NCBI RefSeq assembly: GCF_004010195.1
Contig: NC_057755.1
Span: forward strand, 3,347,379-3,397,609
Source: Chiloscyllium plagiosum
Lineage: Eukaryota
Direction: 5' to 3'
DNA length: 50,231 bases
Of the stretch, positions 1 to 10,110 are shown one piece after another. The position numbers were made by a program, and so were the translations under genes. The stretch's first letter is position 1. Each line of letters starts with the position of its first letter. The notes beneath the pieces are model-generated. The model was not told the DNA's origin, made no database searches, and saw only the letters and a list, made by a program, of their open reading frames with translations.

Positions 1-116
1 GTCCAAAGACCTGCATATCCTTGGTGGAGTGGGAGGGGGAGTTGAAATGTTGGGCTACAGGGTGGTTGGGTTGGTTGGTCCGGGTGTCCCAGAGGTGTTC
101 TCTGAAACGCTCCGCG
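1..116 (-). mobile_element. Penelope-like element GIY-YIG endonuclease fragment
   Basis: Reverse strand reads [38 protein letters not shown], homologous to the PLE endonuclease at about 24340-24480. Confidence 0.8.
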
Positions 117-129
117 TTTCAGCTCTAGA

Positions 130-253
130 GGATGTAATCTTCTAGAGCTGAGCATGACCCTAGCTTCCTCCACCTTATGTAAGCTACCTTTTTCCTTTTG
201 ACGAGAAGCTCCACCGCTCTCATCATCCAAGTTCCTTTATCTTACCATTTCTT
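130..253 (-). mobile_element. CR1 LINE ORF2 fragment
   Basis: Aligns by eye to 29400-29515 of the long CR1 (cttcctccacctta..aagct.cctt.ttccttttga.gagaagctcc). Confidence 0.65.
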
Positions 254-439
254 GCCACTGAGAAGATGAGTTGTCTTGTGTTGTAGTTCCTTTTGGGGTA
301 GGGGGGATGTGGTGGTGGTGGTGGTGGTGGTGTCAGTACATCACAGTGCTGTTCAAGAGAGAGTTCCAAGATTTTAACTATTGACAGTGAAGAAAAGACA
401 AAATTCCAAATTCTCAGGCTTCTACATGGAAAGCAGTGT

Positions 440-570
440 TGAATAGTCACTGAAGTCAAAATATTAACTGTTTTCTCTCCATAGATACTGCCAGACCTGC
501 TGAATTTCTCCAGTAATTTCTATTTTTGATGCTTCAGACATCCAGCATCCATTATTCTTTGTTTTACTTT
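440..570 (+). mobile_element. Degenerate PLE pseudo-LTR fragment (further copies at about 880-978 and 7830-7886)
   Basis: aaaatattaactg..gatactgccagacctgctgaatttctccag matches the arm of the 23598-23818 palindromic family. Confidence 0.6.
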
Positions 571-2599
571 AGTGAGATGCAGGGTTCAATTCAAGGGAAG
601 TTTAAAAAAAAAATGGTGTCTGGTAGTGAACAGGCAAATGGTATTCAAAGTGTGACAGGATCAATTAGAAAATATATGCAGAAGAATGAGTAGAATTAGA
701 ACCAGAGGATATATCAGTTTTAAAAAAAATTAAGCCCAAGATTCTTTCCCTGATGAATTTTTAACAAGATGGATGCGTTGACAGCAGAAATAAAACTGTG
801 ACTGTGACTTGTTAGCTACAATGGAAACGTGATTACAAGGTGACTGTGACTGGGATAAAAGCAAAATGAAAAGTGGAAAGCTCTGAAGGTGAGTCATGCT
901 AAACTCAAAATATTAACTCTGTTTCTCCCTCTACAAATGCTGCCAAACCTGAGTTTTTCCAGTGTTCTCTTTTTTTTCAAGACTGAGAACTCTTTTCATG
1001 GGTATTCGATATTCTGGAAGATTAGGCAAAAAGAAAAAAAATTGGGGTAGCTTTGTTAATAAAGGACAGCATCAGTGCAGTGATAAGTAGATCATGATAA
1101 GGAATCAGTTTGAGTGGAAATAAGGAATAGTAAGTGAGAGATGTTATGGGTGGGAGATGTCTATATATTTCTAAAGAGTTATCTCACTAAGACAATGCGT
1201 ACTTTGAGAAATAATGGAGGCAAATTACAATTGTTGTGGCTGATTCTAATGGGCACATTGACTGACCAGCCAAATCAGATGAGAAGGGTAATGTAGAGCA
1301 GTGCAGAACCTACATGGGAACAGGCAATTTTAGATCTAGTAAGATTAAGAAGAGATCTCATCGACATTGCCGGGGTTAGCAATCACAGCATGATAGAGTT
1401 TCAAATTCAGTCTTTGGAAGAGTAGATTGGGTACCAAACCAGTGTCCTCAACTTGAATTAGAGCAGGTAAGAGGTGTTTGGAAAGAATTGTCTAAAGCAG
1501 GCTTAGAAAATATAAGGCAAAAGTCAATGGATGAGCAGTAGCAAACATAGATTTAAGCAGATATCTCATAACAACGTACAGCAGAAGTATTCTGGTCAAA
1601 AAGAAGGATTCTATGGAAGGATGAACCACCTGTTGTTGACAAAAGCAGTCAAAGAGTGTATCTAACTAAAAACATGCAAAGGATATAGAGCAGCAAAAAC
1701 TAGAGATAGACCAGAAGATTGGGAATTTATTTACAAATTAGCTAATTAAGGAGAAAATTTATGAAAACAAAGTGTCAAATATAAAAACAAACAGCAAGAA
1801 CTTATTTATGTAAATAGAGAGAGAAGTATGTGTGGGACCTTTGGGGATGCAATTGGGGAACAGGGAAAGGCAAACTATTGAAACCAACATTTTGCATTGG
1901 TATTCATGGTAGAAGACATTATTAACATTCTAATATTAATAAACAAGGTGCTAATGAGAAGGAAGATATTGTATAAATATAATATAATACAAAGATATAA
2001 TTTGAAAGAAATGGCTTCAGAGATAGTGGAGGCATTGGTTTAAATATTCCAGAACTCGCTCAATTCTTGGAGGTTGCCAGTGGATTGAGAAACCTTTAAT
2101 GTGATCAAGACAGAAAACAGGAAACTACATCCCAATTAGTCTATGTGACTTCAACTTTGAACTGGTGCTGCAGATAGCTCTAGAAAGAAGCTATGGTATG
2201 TCTGCTTAAATGTATTTAGCTTGAAGTAGCCTCATCAGCATTTTACCCCAACACATACCTGTCATTGGAAAAATGCTCGAGTCCATTTTTAAGGAAGAAA
2301 TTGCAGAATGTTTAGAAAAGCTTAACATAATTAAACAGAATCATTATAGTTTTGTGAAAGGGAAAGCACATTTAACAAATTTCCTGGAGTTCTTTGAGAA
2401 TGCGACAAGCATATTTGGTAAATAGTAGATTAGTTTATTTACATTTCTGCAAGTCATTTGATAAGATGCCACATAAAAGGTTATTGCACAATACAGGAGC
2501 TCAGGGTACTGGGGAAAATATATTAGCATGGTTTGGTTAACACTCAGAAGACAGAGTTAGGACTGAGGTGTCTTTTTCAGGTTTGAAAGAGGTAACTAG

Positions 2600-2914
2600 A
2601 TTAGATTCCCTACAGTGTGGAAACAGGCCCTTCAGCCCAACAAGTCCACACCGACCCTCTGAAGAGCAATCCACCCAGACCCATTCCCCTACATTTACTG
2701 CTTCACCTAACACTACTGGCAATTTAGCATGGCTGATCCACCTAACCTGCACATTTTAGGACTGTGGGAGGAAACCAGAGCACCCAGAGGAAACCCACGC
2801 AGACACAGGGTGAATGTGCAAACTCTACACAGACAGTTGCCTGAGGCGGGAATTGAACCAGGGTCTCTGGTGCAGTGAGGCAGCAGTGCTAACCACTGTG
2901 CCACCGTGCCACCC
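2600..2914 (-). mobile_element. HE1-type tRNA-derived SINE
   Basis: Minus-strand tRNA head with A/B boxes (ggcacagtggttagcactgctgcctcac...ggttcaattcc), V-SINE-like core and (aatct)n tail; flanked by actag at 2595-2599 and 2915-2919. Confidence 0.9.
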
Positions 2915-3449
2915 ACTAGTGGAGTACCACGAAGATGTTCTTAAGGCCTCAATTATTTATTATCTATATTAATGCGGAGGAGGTAGAGTGTAATGTTTCC
3001 AAATTTGCTGACTACATAAAAATAGGTCAGAAGGCATGATGTTTGGAGACAATAAGATATCTCCAGTGGAATACAAATAGGTTGTGCGAGTGGCTAAAAC
3101 TTGGCTAATGAACTTCAATGTAAGAAAGTGTGAGGTCATGCACTTTTTTTATGAAGAATTGTTATGACCCCAGCTACTGATATTCCTGGACAATTTAGAT
3201 CCCAGACAGGAGCTTGGCATGACAGATCATATTTTGATCTGTTTAGGTTTTAGTGAAGTGGTATCTCACTGAATCATAAACATGCAATGCAGCAGATTTT
3301 GTTTTAACAAGAAAATAAGTTTATTAACTAAAGAAATAAGATAAGATTGAATGAACCAAACAATAATACAGATAATACAATACAAATTCAAAGATTTTTA
3401 AATACACAGAAAATGTAAAATTATTAAAACCAACATTTTTCTAGATCAT

Positions 3450-3795
3450 TTAGCTCAGTGGTTAGCATGGTTGCCTCACAGCACCAGAGACCTGGGTTTG
3501 ATTCCAGACTCTGGTGACTGCCAGTTTGGAGTCTGCAAGTTCTTCATGAGTGTGCAAGGGTTTCTGCCAGTACTCTGATTTCCTCTCACAATCCAAAGAT
3601 GTGGAAGTTAGGGTGGATTGGCCAGGCTAAATTGCCCATAGCATTTGGGAATGTGTAGGGCAGGTGCATTAGTCATGGGAAATATGGAGTAATGGGGTAG
3701 AGGAATGGATCTGGGTGGAATACTCTTCGGAGGGTTGGTGTGAACTTTTGTTGGGCTGAATCGCATGTTTCCATGCCGTAGCAGTTCTATGATGA
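3450..3795 (+). mobile_element. Older HE1-like SINE nested in the solo LTR
   Basis: tagctcagtggttagcatggttgcctcacagcaccagagacctgggtttgattcc head; ctatgatgattcta tail. Confidence 0.8.
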
Positions 3796-3965
3796 TTCTA
3801 AATTGAAAAGTAACAAAATTAGCTTTTGTGTAGTACCCATAACACGTTCTTGTTGATACAGTACCCAAAACATCACTTGTACAATACCCGCATCTGAGTC
3901 CCTGTATCTAACAGCTCAGGTTTAAATTACTTGTGACTTGAACATTTAGACTCAAACGGCAGGTA

Positions 3966-4480
3966 CAGATAGTTCTATAATGCTGTAGTTGTGTTCCAGT
4001 GAAACCTCACTTAATAGCAAATCGTTTATTGAAATAATTCGGCCTATGGGAAAAGTGGGGTTGGGGCAGAACAGCAAACAAAACCACTCGTGTTCGTCAA
4101 AAATCATGCAAAAGTCTAATGCAAAATATAGTACGGCCTGAATTAAGGTTTAACAAAAGTAAATTTAATTCAGTGCATCTTAAAATGTAGGTAAGCTGCT
4201 CTCTGTATAGTACCTCTTGCAGAAAGCTGCTCTGTGGGCAGCTGACATCGGCACATGCGCTGAATGGCACAAAGACTGACATCAGGCATGTGCAGAATGG
4301 TGCAGAGACTTTGGCATGAACATCGGCGCATGTGCAGAATGAAGCACGCGCACCGATCCCCGCTGGAATAGTGCTATTGCCGTTGGAGGTAAGCATTCTC
4401 CAAAATACCGTTCCCTAATTCTTCAGCCACATTATTGCCAAATTGCGCTGCCAAAATGCACATTATCCCAGAATTACCTG
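3966..4480. mobile_element. Tc1/mariner (pogo/Tigger-like) non-autonomous MITE
   Basis: TA at 3964-3965 and 4481-4482. Imperfect TIRs: cagatagttctataatg versus reverse complement caggtaattctgggataatg. Confidence 0.65.
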
Positions 4481-5334
4481 TAACTTCTTCCTGGAGCTAT
4501 CATACACCTGCTTAAACACACTCAGCTTGAAGTATGCCCACCAGGGTTTTATCCTAACTCTTCATTCTAAGATAACCTCATTCACTATATATCCTTTCTT
4601 TCTCAGGAGTACTGATCTATACAACTATCCTATTCCAAGGACTGCTCAACACTCAGTCCAAAAGTGAAACTAAAAGTCACCCTTTCTAAGCTATTTCCCT
4701 TAAACATAAGTTTAGAAATGTCAAGTCCCAGAAGTCTCTGACAAATGTTGACACCCTATTATTTATCCTGCTGATCACTCCATTAGTAGTGCCATTCATC
4801 CCAAGGCCAGGCTTCAAAACTATATTAAACAAAATCAGAATGACTCCAAAAATGATTCAACTGCAGACACACTGAAAACCCACTGGTTTCCAACTCAAAA
4901 ACCAGAAACCCAAACTCCCCACAAATGATCTTAAAAAGAAAAACACACAGTTTACATCACTGAATCAAAAAGCAAACTATTATTTAAATGGAAAGAGAGT
5001 CCAAAAATATGTAATCTGAGGGGATCTAGTGTGCAGGAAACACAAAATATTAGCATGCAAGTGCAGCAAGTCATTAAGAAGGCAAATGAAATTTGGCTTT
5101 TGTTGTTGGGGTTTGAAATTTAAAAATAGTCAAGTCTGGTTACAGTTTTACAGGGGTGGGTGATACTGTATTGTGTACAGTTTTGGTCCTGGTATTTAAT
5201 AAAGGGTGCACTGGCATTGGAGGCAGCTCAAAAGAGAGACTTACTGGACTCATTCCTTGGATGAAGGTACTGACCTATCAAGAACAGCTAAACAGCGGAG
5301 CATTTTATTCATCTGATTTTACAACAATGAGGCG

Positions 5335-5565
5335 GCTACTCCTGAACTGAGACACCCGGGTTCAAGTTCCACCTGCTCCAGAGGTGTGTAATACCATCTC
5401 TGAACAAGTTAGGTTAGAAAAAATAGATTAATTTTAAAAAACTATAAGAATTAGGCAAGGGCTGCTATAATACATTGGTAGTGTGCCTACCTTTGAGCCA
5501 GAAGGCCTGGGTCAAGTCCCACCTGTTCCAGAGGTGTGTAATAACATCTTTTAATAGTTTAGAAA
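5335..5565 (+). mobile_element. Two tandem short tRNA-derived SINE copies (family also at about 13380-13485 minus and 27380-27482 minus)
   Basis: Repeated gggt(t)caagt.ccacctg.tccagaggtgtgtaata.catct at about 5358 and 5509; B-box-like ggttcaagt. Confidence 0.6.
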
Positions 5566-6300
5566 TGCAAGGTGCTGCATTTTGGCAGAGCAAATCTTAG
5601 CAGGACTTATACACTTAATGGTGAGGTTGCTGAACAAAGAGACCTTGGAGTGCAGGTTCGTAGCTCCTTGAAAGTGGAGTCACAGGTAGATAGGATAGTG
5701 AAGGCAGCGTTTGGTATGCTTTCCTTTATTGGTCAGAGTATTGAGTACAGGAGTTGGGAGGTCATGTTGCGGCTGTACAGGACATTGCTTAGGCCACTGT
5801 TGGAATATTGCTTACAATTCTGGTCTCCTTCCTATCGGATGGATGTTGTGAAACCTGAAAGAGTTCAGTAAAGATTTACAGGGATGTTGCCAGGGTTGGA
5901 GGGTTTGAGGTATAGGGAGAGGCTGAACAGGCTGGGGCTGTTTTCCCTGGAGCATCAGAGGCTGAGGGGTGACCTTATAGAGGTTTATAAAATCATTAGG
6001 GGCATGGATAGGATAAATAGACAAAGTCTTTTCCCTGGGGTGGGGGAGTCCAGAAGTAGAGGGCATAGGTTTAGGGTGAGAGAGGAAAGATATAAAAGGG
6101 ACCTAAGGGGCAACTTTTTCACACAGAGGGTGGTGCGTGTATGGAATAAGCTACCAGAGGAAGTGGTGGAGGCTGGTACAATTGCAAAATTTAGAAGGTA
6201 TCTGGATGGGTATATGAATAGGAAGGATTAAGAGGGATATGGGTCAAGTGCTGACAAATGGGACTAGATTAGGTTGGGATATCTGGTCGGCATGGATGAG
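5560..6300 (+). mobile_element. Young 5'-truncated CR1/HER1-type LINE 3' end
   Basis: ORFs 5572-5871 and 5884-6231 ([40 protein letters not shown]) are the CR1 RT C-terminus. Confidence 0.95.
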
Positions 6301-7034
6301 GTGTGATTCATTCTTTAATTGTTTTGATATTTTTCTTTCACTTCCTATTCCTTTCACTACCATAAGTACATTTTTTCACGAGTATCATCCCTGTCATAAT
6401 ACCTCTGTAACGTGAACATGACACACCCACTGATAGATTTTACTGTCTGGAGTATTCACTAAAAATCTGCATCGTAGATTTCTTTTTGATTTGATAAGAT
6501 CCAGTGAACCTTGCTTTAATAGCTCTGAGGAGATATGTAACAGCACCAACACCTTGTGTCCAGCATTTTAGCCTTTTTTATTTGCGCTAGTTTTTCATTA
6601 GTTAAAGGTTGCTTCACAAACACTTCAGCCAATTCACATGCATTTGTCAGTTTCTCCATGAAGCTTGAAAAATAGGCTGGAAGTATAACTTCTGAGCTTT
6701 GGTTAATCAATTTTTCTTTAATCAATTTAAGTGGTTCACTCGTCTCGTGTCCATATGTGTGTTCAAAAGGTCTAAATCCTGTGGACTAATTAGGAACATG
6801 CCTAATGGCAATCAGAAACAAACAAATTCTTTTATCCCAATCATTAGGGTATTCTTGACCGTAGACTATATTCATGATCTTCAAAGTTTGGTGATATGTA
6901 AATGATGTAAACTTTTATTCTCAAAACTAGTTGTCATTTATGGGAGAAAGTGAGGTCTGCAGATGCTGGAGATCAGAGCTGAAAATGTGTTGCTGGAACA
7001 GCGCAGCAGGTCAGGCAGCATCCAGGGAACAGGA

Positions 7035-7071
7035 GAATCGACGTTTCGGGCATAAGCCCTTCTTCAGGAAT
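7035..7071 (-). ncRNA. Minimal hammerhead ribozyme motif, mirror copy in the left arm
   Basis: Reverse complement of 7040-7067 is the identical CUGAAGA-A-GGGCUUAUGCCC-GAAACGUC core. Confidence 0.7.
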
Positions 7072-7475
7072 GAGGAAAGTGTGTCCAGCAGGCTAAGATA
7101 AAAGGTAGGGAGGAGGGACTTAGGGAGGGGCGTTGGAAATGCGATGTGGAAAGAGGTCAAGGTGAGGGTGATAGGTCAGACTGGGATGGGGGAGGAGAGG
7201 TCGGGAAGAAGATTGCAGGTTAGGAAGGCGGTGCTGAATTCGATGGATTTGACTGAGACAAGGTGGGGGGAGGGGAAATACCTTGTCTCAGTCAAATCCA
7301 TCGAACTCAGCACCGCCTTCCTAACCTGCAATCTTCTTCCTGACCTCTCCGCCCCCACCCCAGTCTGACCTATCACCCTCACCTTGACCTCTTTCCACCT
7401 ATCACATTTCCGATGCCCCTCCCCCAAGTCCCTCCTCCCTACCTTTTATCTTAGCCTGCTGGACACACTTTCCTC

Positions 7476-7512
7476 ATTCCTGAAGAAGGGCTTATGCCCG
7501 AAACGTCGATTC
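7476..7512 (+). ncRNA. Minimal type-I hammerhead ribozyme motif (PLE pseudo-LTR)
   Basis: CUGAAGA(7480-7486)-A-GGGC/UUAU/GCCC-GAAA-C-GUC cleavage triplet (7505-7507); palindromic ACGU at stem III; weak stem I. Confidence 0.7.
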
Positions 7513-7904
7513 TCCTGTTCCCTGGATGCTGCCTGACCTGCTGCGCTTTTCCAGCAACACATTTTCAGCTCGTTGTCATTTATTTCAATATTAAATTTTA
7601 AACTTTATCTGATTCCATTTCTTGTAAAACAAAAAGAACAATGTTGTCTCCTATCACTTTTGTAGTAATACTTCCTGAAGGTACTGCATCAGGGAATTTT
7701 GAAGAACGTATCTGATAATCATCTCAGTTTCATTCCATGTGCCTGAGATCTCGTTACAACAGAGGAAATAAACCAGAATATTCCTCTTGTAACATTTCCG
7801 TTTCTTTCATCTCACTGATTGTACCACCAAGCAGCATTTTCTGTTTTTATTTCAGATTTCCAACATCCTCAGTATTTTGCTTTTATCCTTGCAATGTCAC
7901 AACT

Positions 7905-8345
7905 AGAATGAGCTAAGTTGCAGTGAGAAATGAAAAGGCTCAAGTTAGAAGAAAAAGAATTGAGGGAAGGGTTGGGGGAGGGGAGAAAAGCAGAGAGTAA
8001 TGAAAAGGGACATAGAGTTCAGAACAATTGAAGTAGAAAGGGAGGAAAAAGACAAACAGAAGAGATTAATTAAAACAACTTGAACTCCAAAGAGATAGAG
8101 AGCTCAGGCAATAAATTGCCTGAAGATAAGCTGAAAGTAAAGATAGAAAGAGGAGGTACTAACTCAGAATGCCTCTGATTCCAAGCAAGGATTTAACTGA
8201 ACTAAGAATTAATTCAGCTAAACCATTATGCTTAGTGCCTAAAGCTACTTAGGAGGGAGTTGGAAGGTACTTTATCTTATTTGAGAAGATAGCTGAATGG
8301 ATGAAGTGACCAAATGAAGTTTGGATCTGAATATTGCAAAGTACT
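7905..8345 (+). mobile_element. Gypsy (Gmr1-like) gag remnant
   Basis: Glu/Lys-rich coiled-coil-like stretch followed by LVPK..EGVGRYFILFEKIAEWMK*PNEVWI*ILQS. Confidence 0.6.
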
Positions 8346-8351
8346 ATGACT

Positions 8352-9425
8352 ATGCCAGGATCAAGGACATTAAATTAGATTAGATTACTTACAGAGTGGA
8401 AACAGGCCCTTTGGCCCAACAAGTCCACACCGACCCTCCGAAGAGCAACCCACCCAGACCCATTCCCCTACACCTAACACTACGGGCAATTTAGCGTAGC
8501 CAATTCACCTGACCTGCAGATTTTTGGACTGTGGGAGGAAACCGGAGCACCCAGAGGAAACCCACGCAGACACGGGGAGAATGTGCAAACTCCACACAGT
8601 TGCCTGAGGCGGGAATTGAACCCGGGTCTCTGGCGCTGTGAGGCAGCAGTGCTAACCACTGTGCCACTGTGCTACCCCTCTCGGAGCAGTTGTAGCAAAT
8701 TCTCAAAGGGGAGTACGAGCAGCTGGACGTCATTGCATACATTGGTACCAACGACACAGGTAGAAAAAGGATGAAGTTCTGAATATAGGGAGCTAGGCAG
8801 GATGTTGAAAAGCAGGACCATAAGCTGGTGCCATGTGCAAGTCGGAATAGGAATAGGAGGAAAGGACAAATGAATGCATAACTAAGCAGCTGACGCAGGG
8901 GGCAGGGATTCAGATTTTTGGATCATTGGGATCTCTTCTGGGGCAGAGATGACCTGTACAAGAGGGACAGGTTGCACCTGAACTGGAGTATAGCAATATC
9001 CTGGCAAAAAGAATAACTAGACCTATTTGGGAGGAGTTAAATGAGTCTGGCGGAGGGATGGCACCCTAAATGGTAGTGAACCATGAGAGAAGGCTGAGGC
9101 TGGTGCACATGTTAAAGACAGCAAGTTAAATAAACAAGGCAAGCAAAAGCACTGTAGTGAACGAGGGAAGGCTGATGAATTAAAGTGCATTTAATTCAAT
9201 GCAAGTGGCCTGACGGGGTAGGAAAATGAACTCAGCATGGATGGGAACATGATATCATCACAATTACAGAAACATGGCACCAAGAAAATCCCTTGAGCAG
9301 TAAAGGGGATGTAGGAGTACACTTAAGAGGGAAATCAGGAAGGCAAAAAGGGGACATGAGATGGTTTTGGCAGATAAGGTTAAGGAGACTCCAAAGAGAT
9401 TCTACAAATATATTAAGGTCAAAAG
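8352..9425 (+). mobile_element. CR1 ORF1 esterase end and ORF2 start, with deletions, interrupted by a SINE
   Basis: ARIKDI/SEQL*QILKGE..HIGTND, GRDDLYKRDRLHLNW, then DIITITETW endonuclease motif. Confidence 0.75.
8371..8677 (-). mobile_element. HE1-type SINE
   Basis: Near-identical to 2600-2914, with (attag)n tail. Confidence 0.9.
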
Positions 9426-9429
9426 GGGG

Positions 9430-9745
9430 GTGCGGGTGAAACGGCATTAGGACTGCCAGTGCCGAACACAAGACTCCTCTGAAAGAGAGAGACAATTTAC
9501 TTCAGGTGATGGAGCGTGATGCTGAAATCATGGAAATGACTCTGTGTAGGTAAGAGGTATGGTCCTGCGAGGTCAGGTCCCATGATGTACAAAGTTCAGG
9601 TCGGTGAGACGGTCCTGAGCAAACATGTGGACCACGTAAAAGCTACAAACTTGCAAATGAGGCAGGAGGAACATATAGTCTGCCCCTCGGAACAGCTGGA
9701 AAGGCTGTTGGAACCCATGGGTTCTCCCCCTCCGTCTACCATTGG
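9430..9745 (+). mobile_element. Gypsy integrase C-terminal fragment
   Basis: SGPMMYKVQVGETVLSKHVDHVK resembles the GP..Y.V...RH.D.L integrase C-terminal motif. Confidence 0.6.
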
Positions 9746-10002
9746 AAGGAACGTATGGTATTTTGAGAGAGTTCAAGAATATTGGCCTCGCCAAAAGCGG
9801 TAGAACAATTAGTAGAAAATGGAGTTGAGTAGAAGGTCCTCTCCTGTTCTATTGCTTCTATTCGAAAATGCTCATGTCCCAAATCCTTTCTTCAAGATTA
9901 GTGCCAAACCTAATAGAAGGATGACTGATGTGTTTTTTTCAACAGAATCTGTCCATCCCCACTCCAGCTGAAGGGAGAAAGGTTGAAGAGAAAACTCATC
10001 AT

Positions 10003-10110
10003 ATGCTGAATGAAGCTACAAAAATCCCAGTGGCGGTACAGGTTAACTCCACAATGTCTGCAGCCTCATCTGAGATATGGATTCTCAGGAGAGAACTTAA
10101 AGCTTTAGGA
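10003..10110 (+). CDS. MS4A: MS4A coding exon 1 (exon 9946-10110; ATG at 10003)
   Basis: ttttttcaacag acceptor ends at 9945. [36 protein letters not shown]|gtaaac. The frame is also open upstream of the ATG, so the start is uncertain. Confidence 0.8.

Larger units (their letters stand above)
3160..4961. mobile_element. Probable solo LTR (Gypsy-type) inserted in CR1
   Basis: Starts TGTTATGA and ends CATCACT (mutated TG...CA inverted termini). 4-bp TSD gaat at 3156-3159 and 4962-4965. CR1 sequence rejoins as aagaat/caaaaagcaaactattatttaaatgg. Confidence 0.65.
760..5330 (+). mobile_element. Old degraded CR1 LINE ORF2 (endonuclease to RT to 3' region), interrupted by SINE, solo LTR and MITE
   Basis: CR1-like segments (tttgtgaaagggaaagcacatttaacaaatttcctggagttctttgag; tccaaatttgctgactac = KFAD; aagtgtgaggtcatgcacttt) resume in register after each insertion. 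Confidence 0.8.
6942..7571. mobile_element. Palindromic Penelope-like insertion: two inverted pseudo-LTR arms plus 34-nt tail
   Basis: Arms 6976-7264 and 7280-7571 are near-perfect reverse complements with a 15-nt spacer. Unpaired 34-nt tail at 6942-6975. 12-bp TSD gttgtcatttat at 6930-6941 and 7572-7583. Confidence 0.9.
6340..7720 (-). mobile_element. Gypsy (Gmr1-like) LTR retrotransposon integrase remnant, split by the palindromic PLE
   Basis: Reverse strand: SKFPDAVPSGSITTK (about 7660-7705); YHQTLKIM..DWDKRICLFLIAIRHVPN*STGFRPFEHTYGHETSEPLKLIKEKL..EKLTNACELAE; VNTPD..WVCHVH. Confidence 0.75.

Noticed and set aside
223..459. Poly-proline ORF
   Set aside because: Produced by a (GGT)n microsatellite at about 309-331 between repeat fragments.
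2840..2914. tRNA-like sequences here and at about 8605-8677, 3450-3505 and 49978-50025
   Set aside because: These are SINE heads continuous with SINE bodies, not tRNA genes.
7144..7427. Mirror-image ORFs on both strands
   Set aside because: A by-product of the palindrome; no coding signature.
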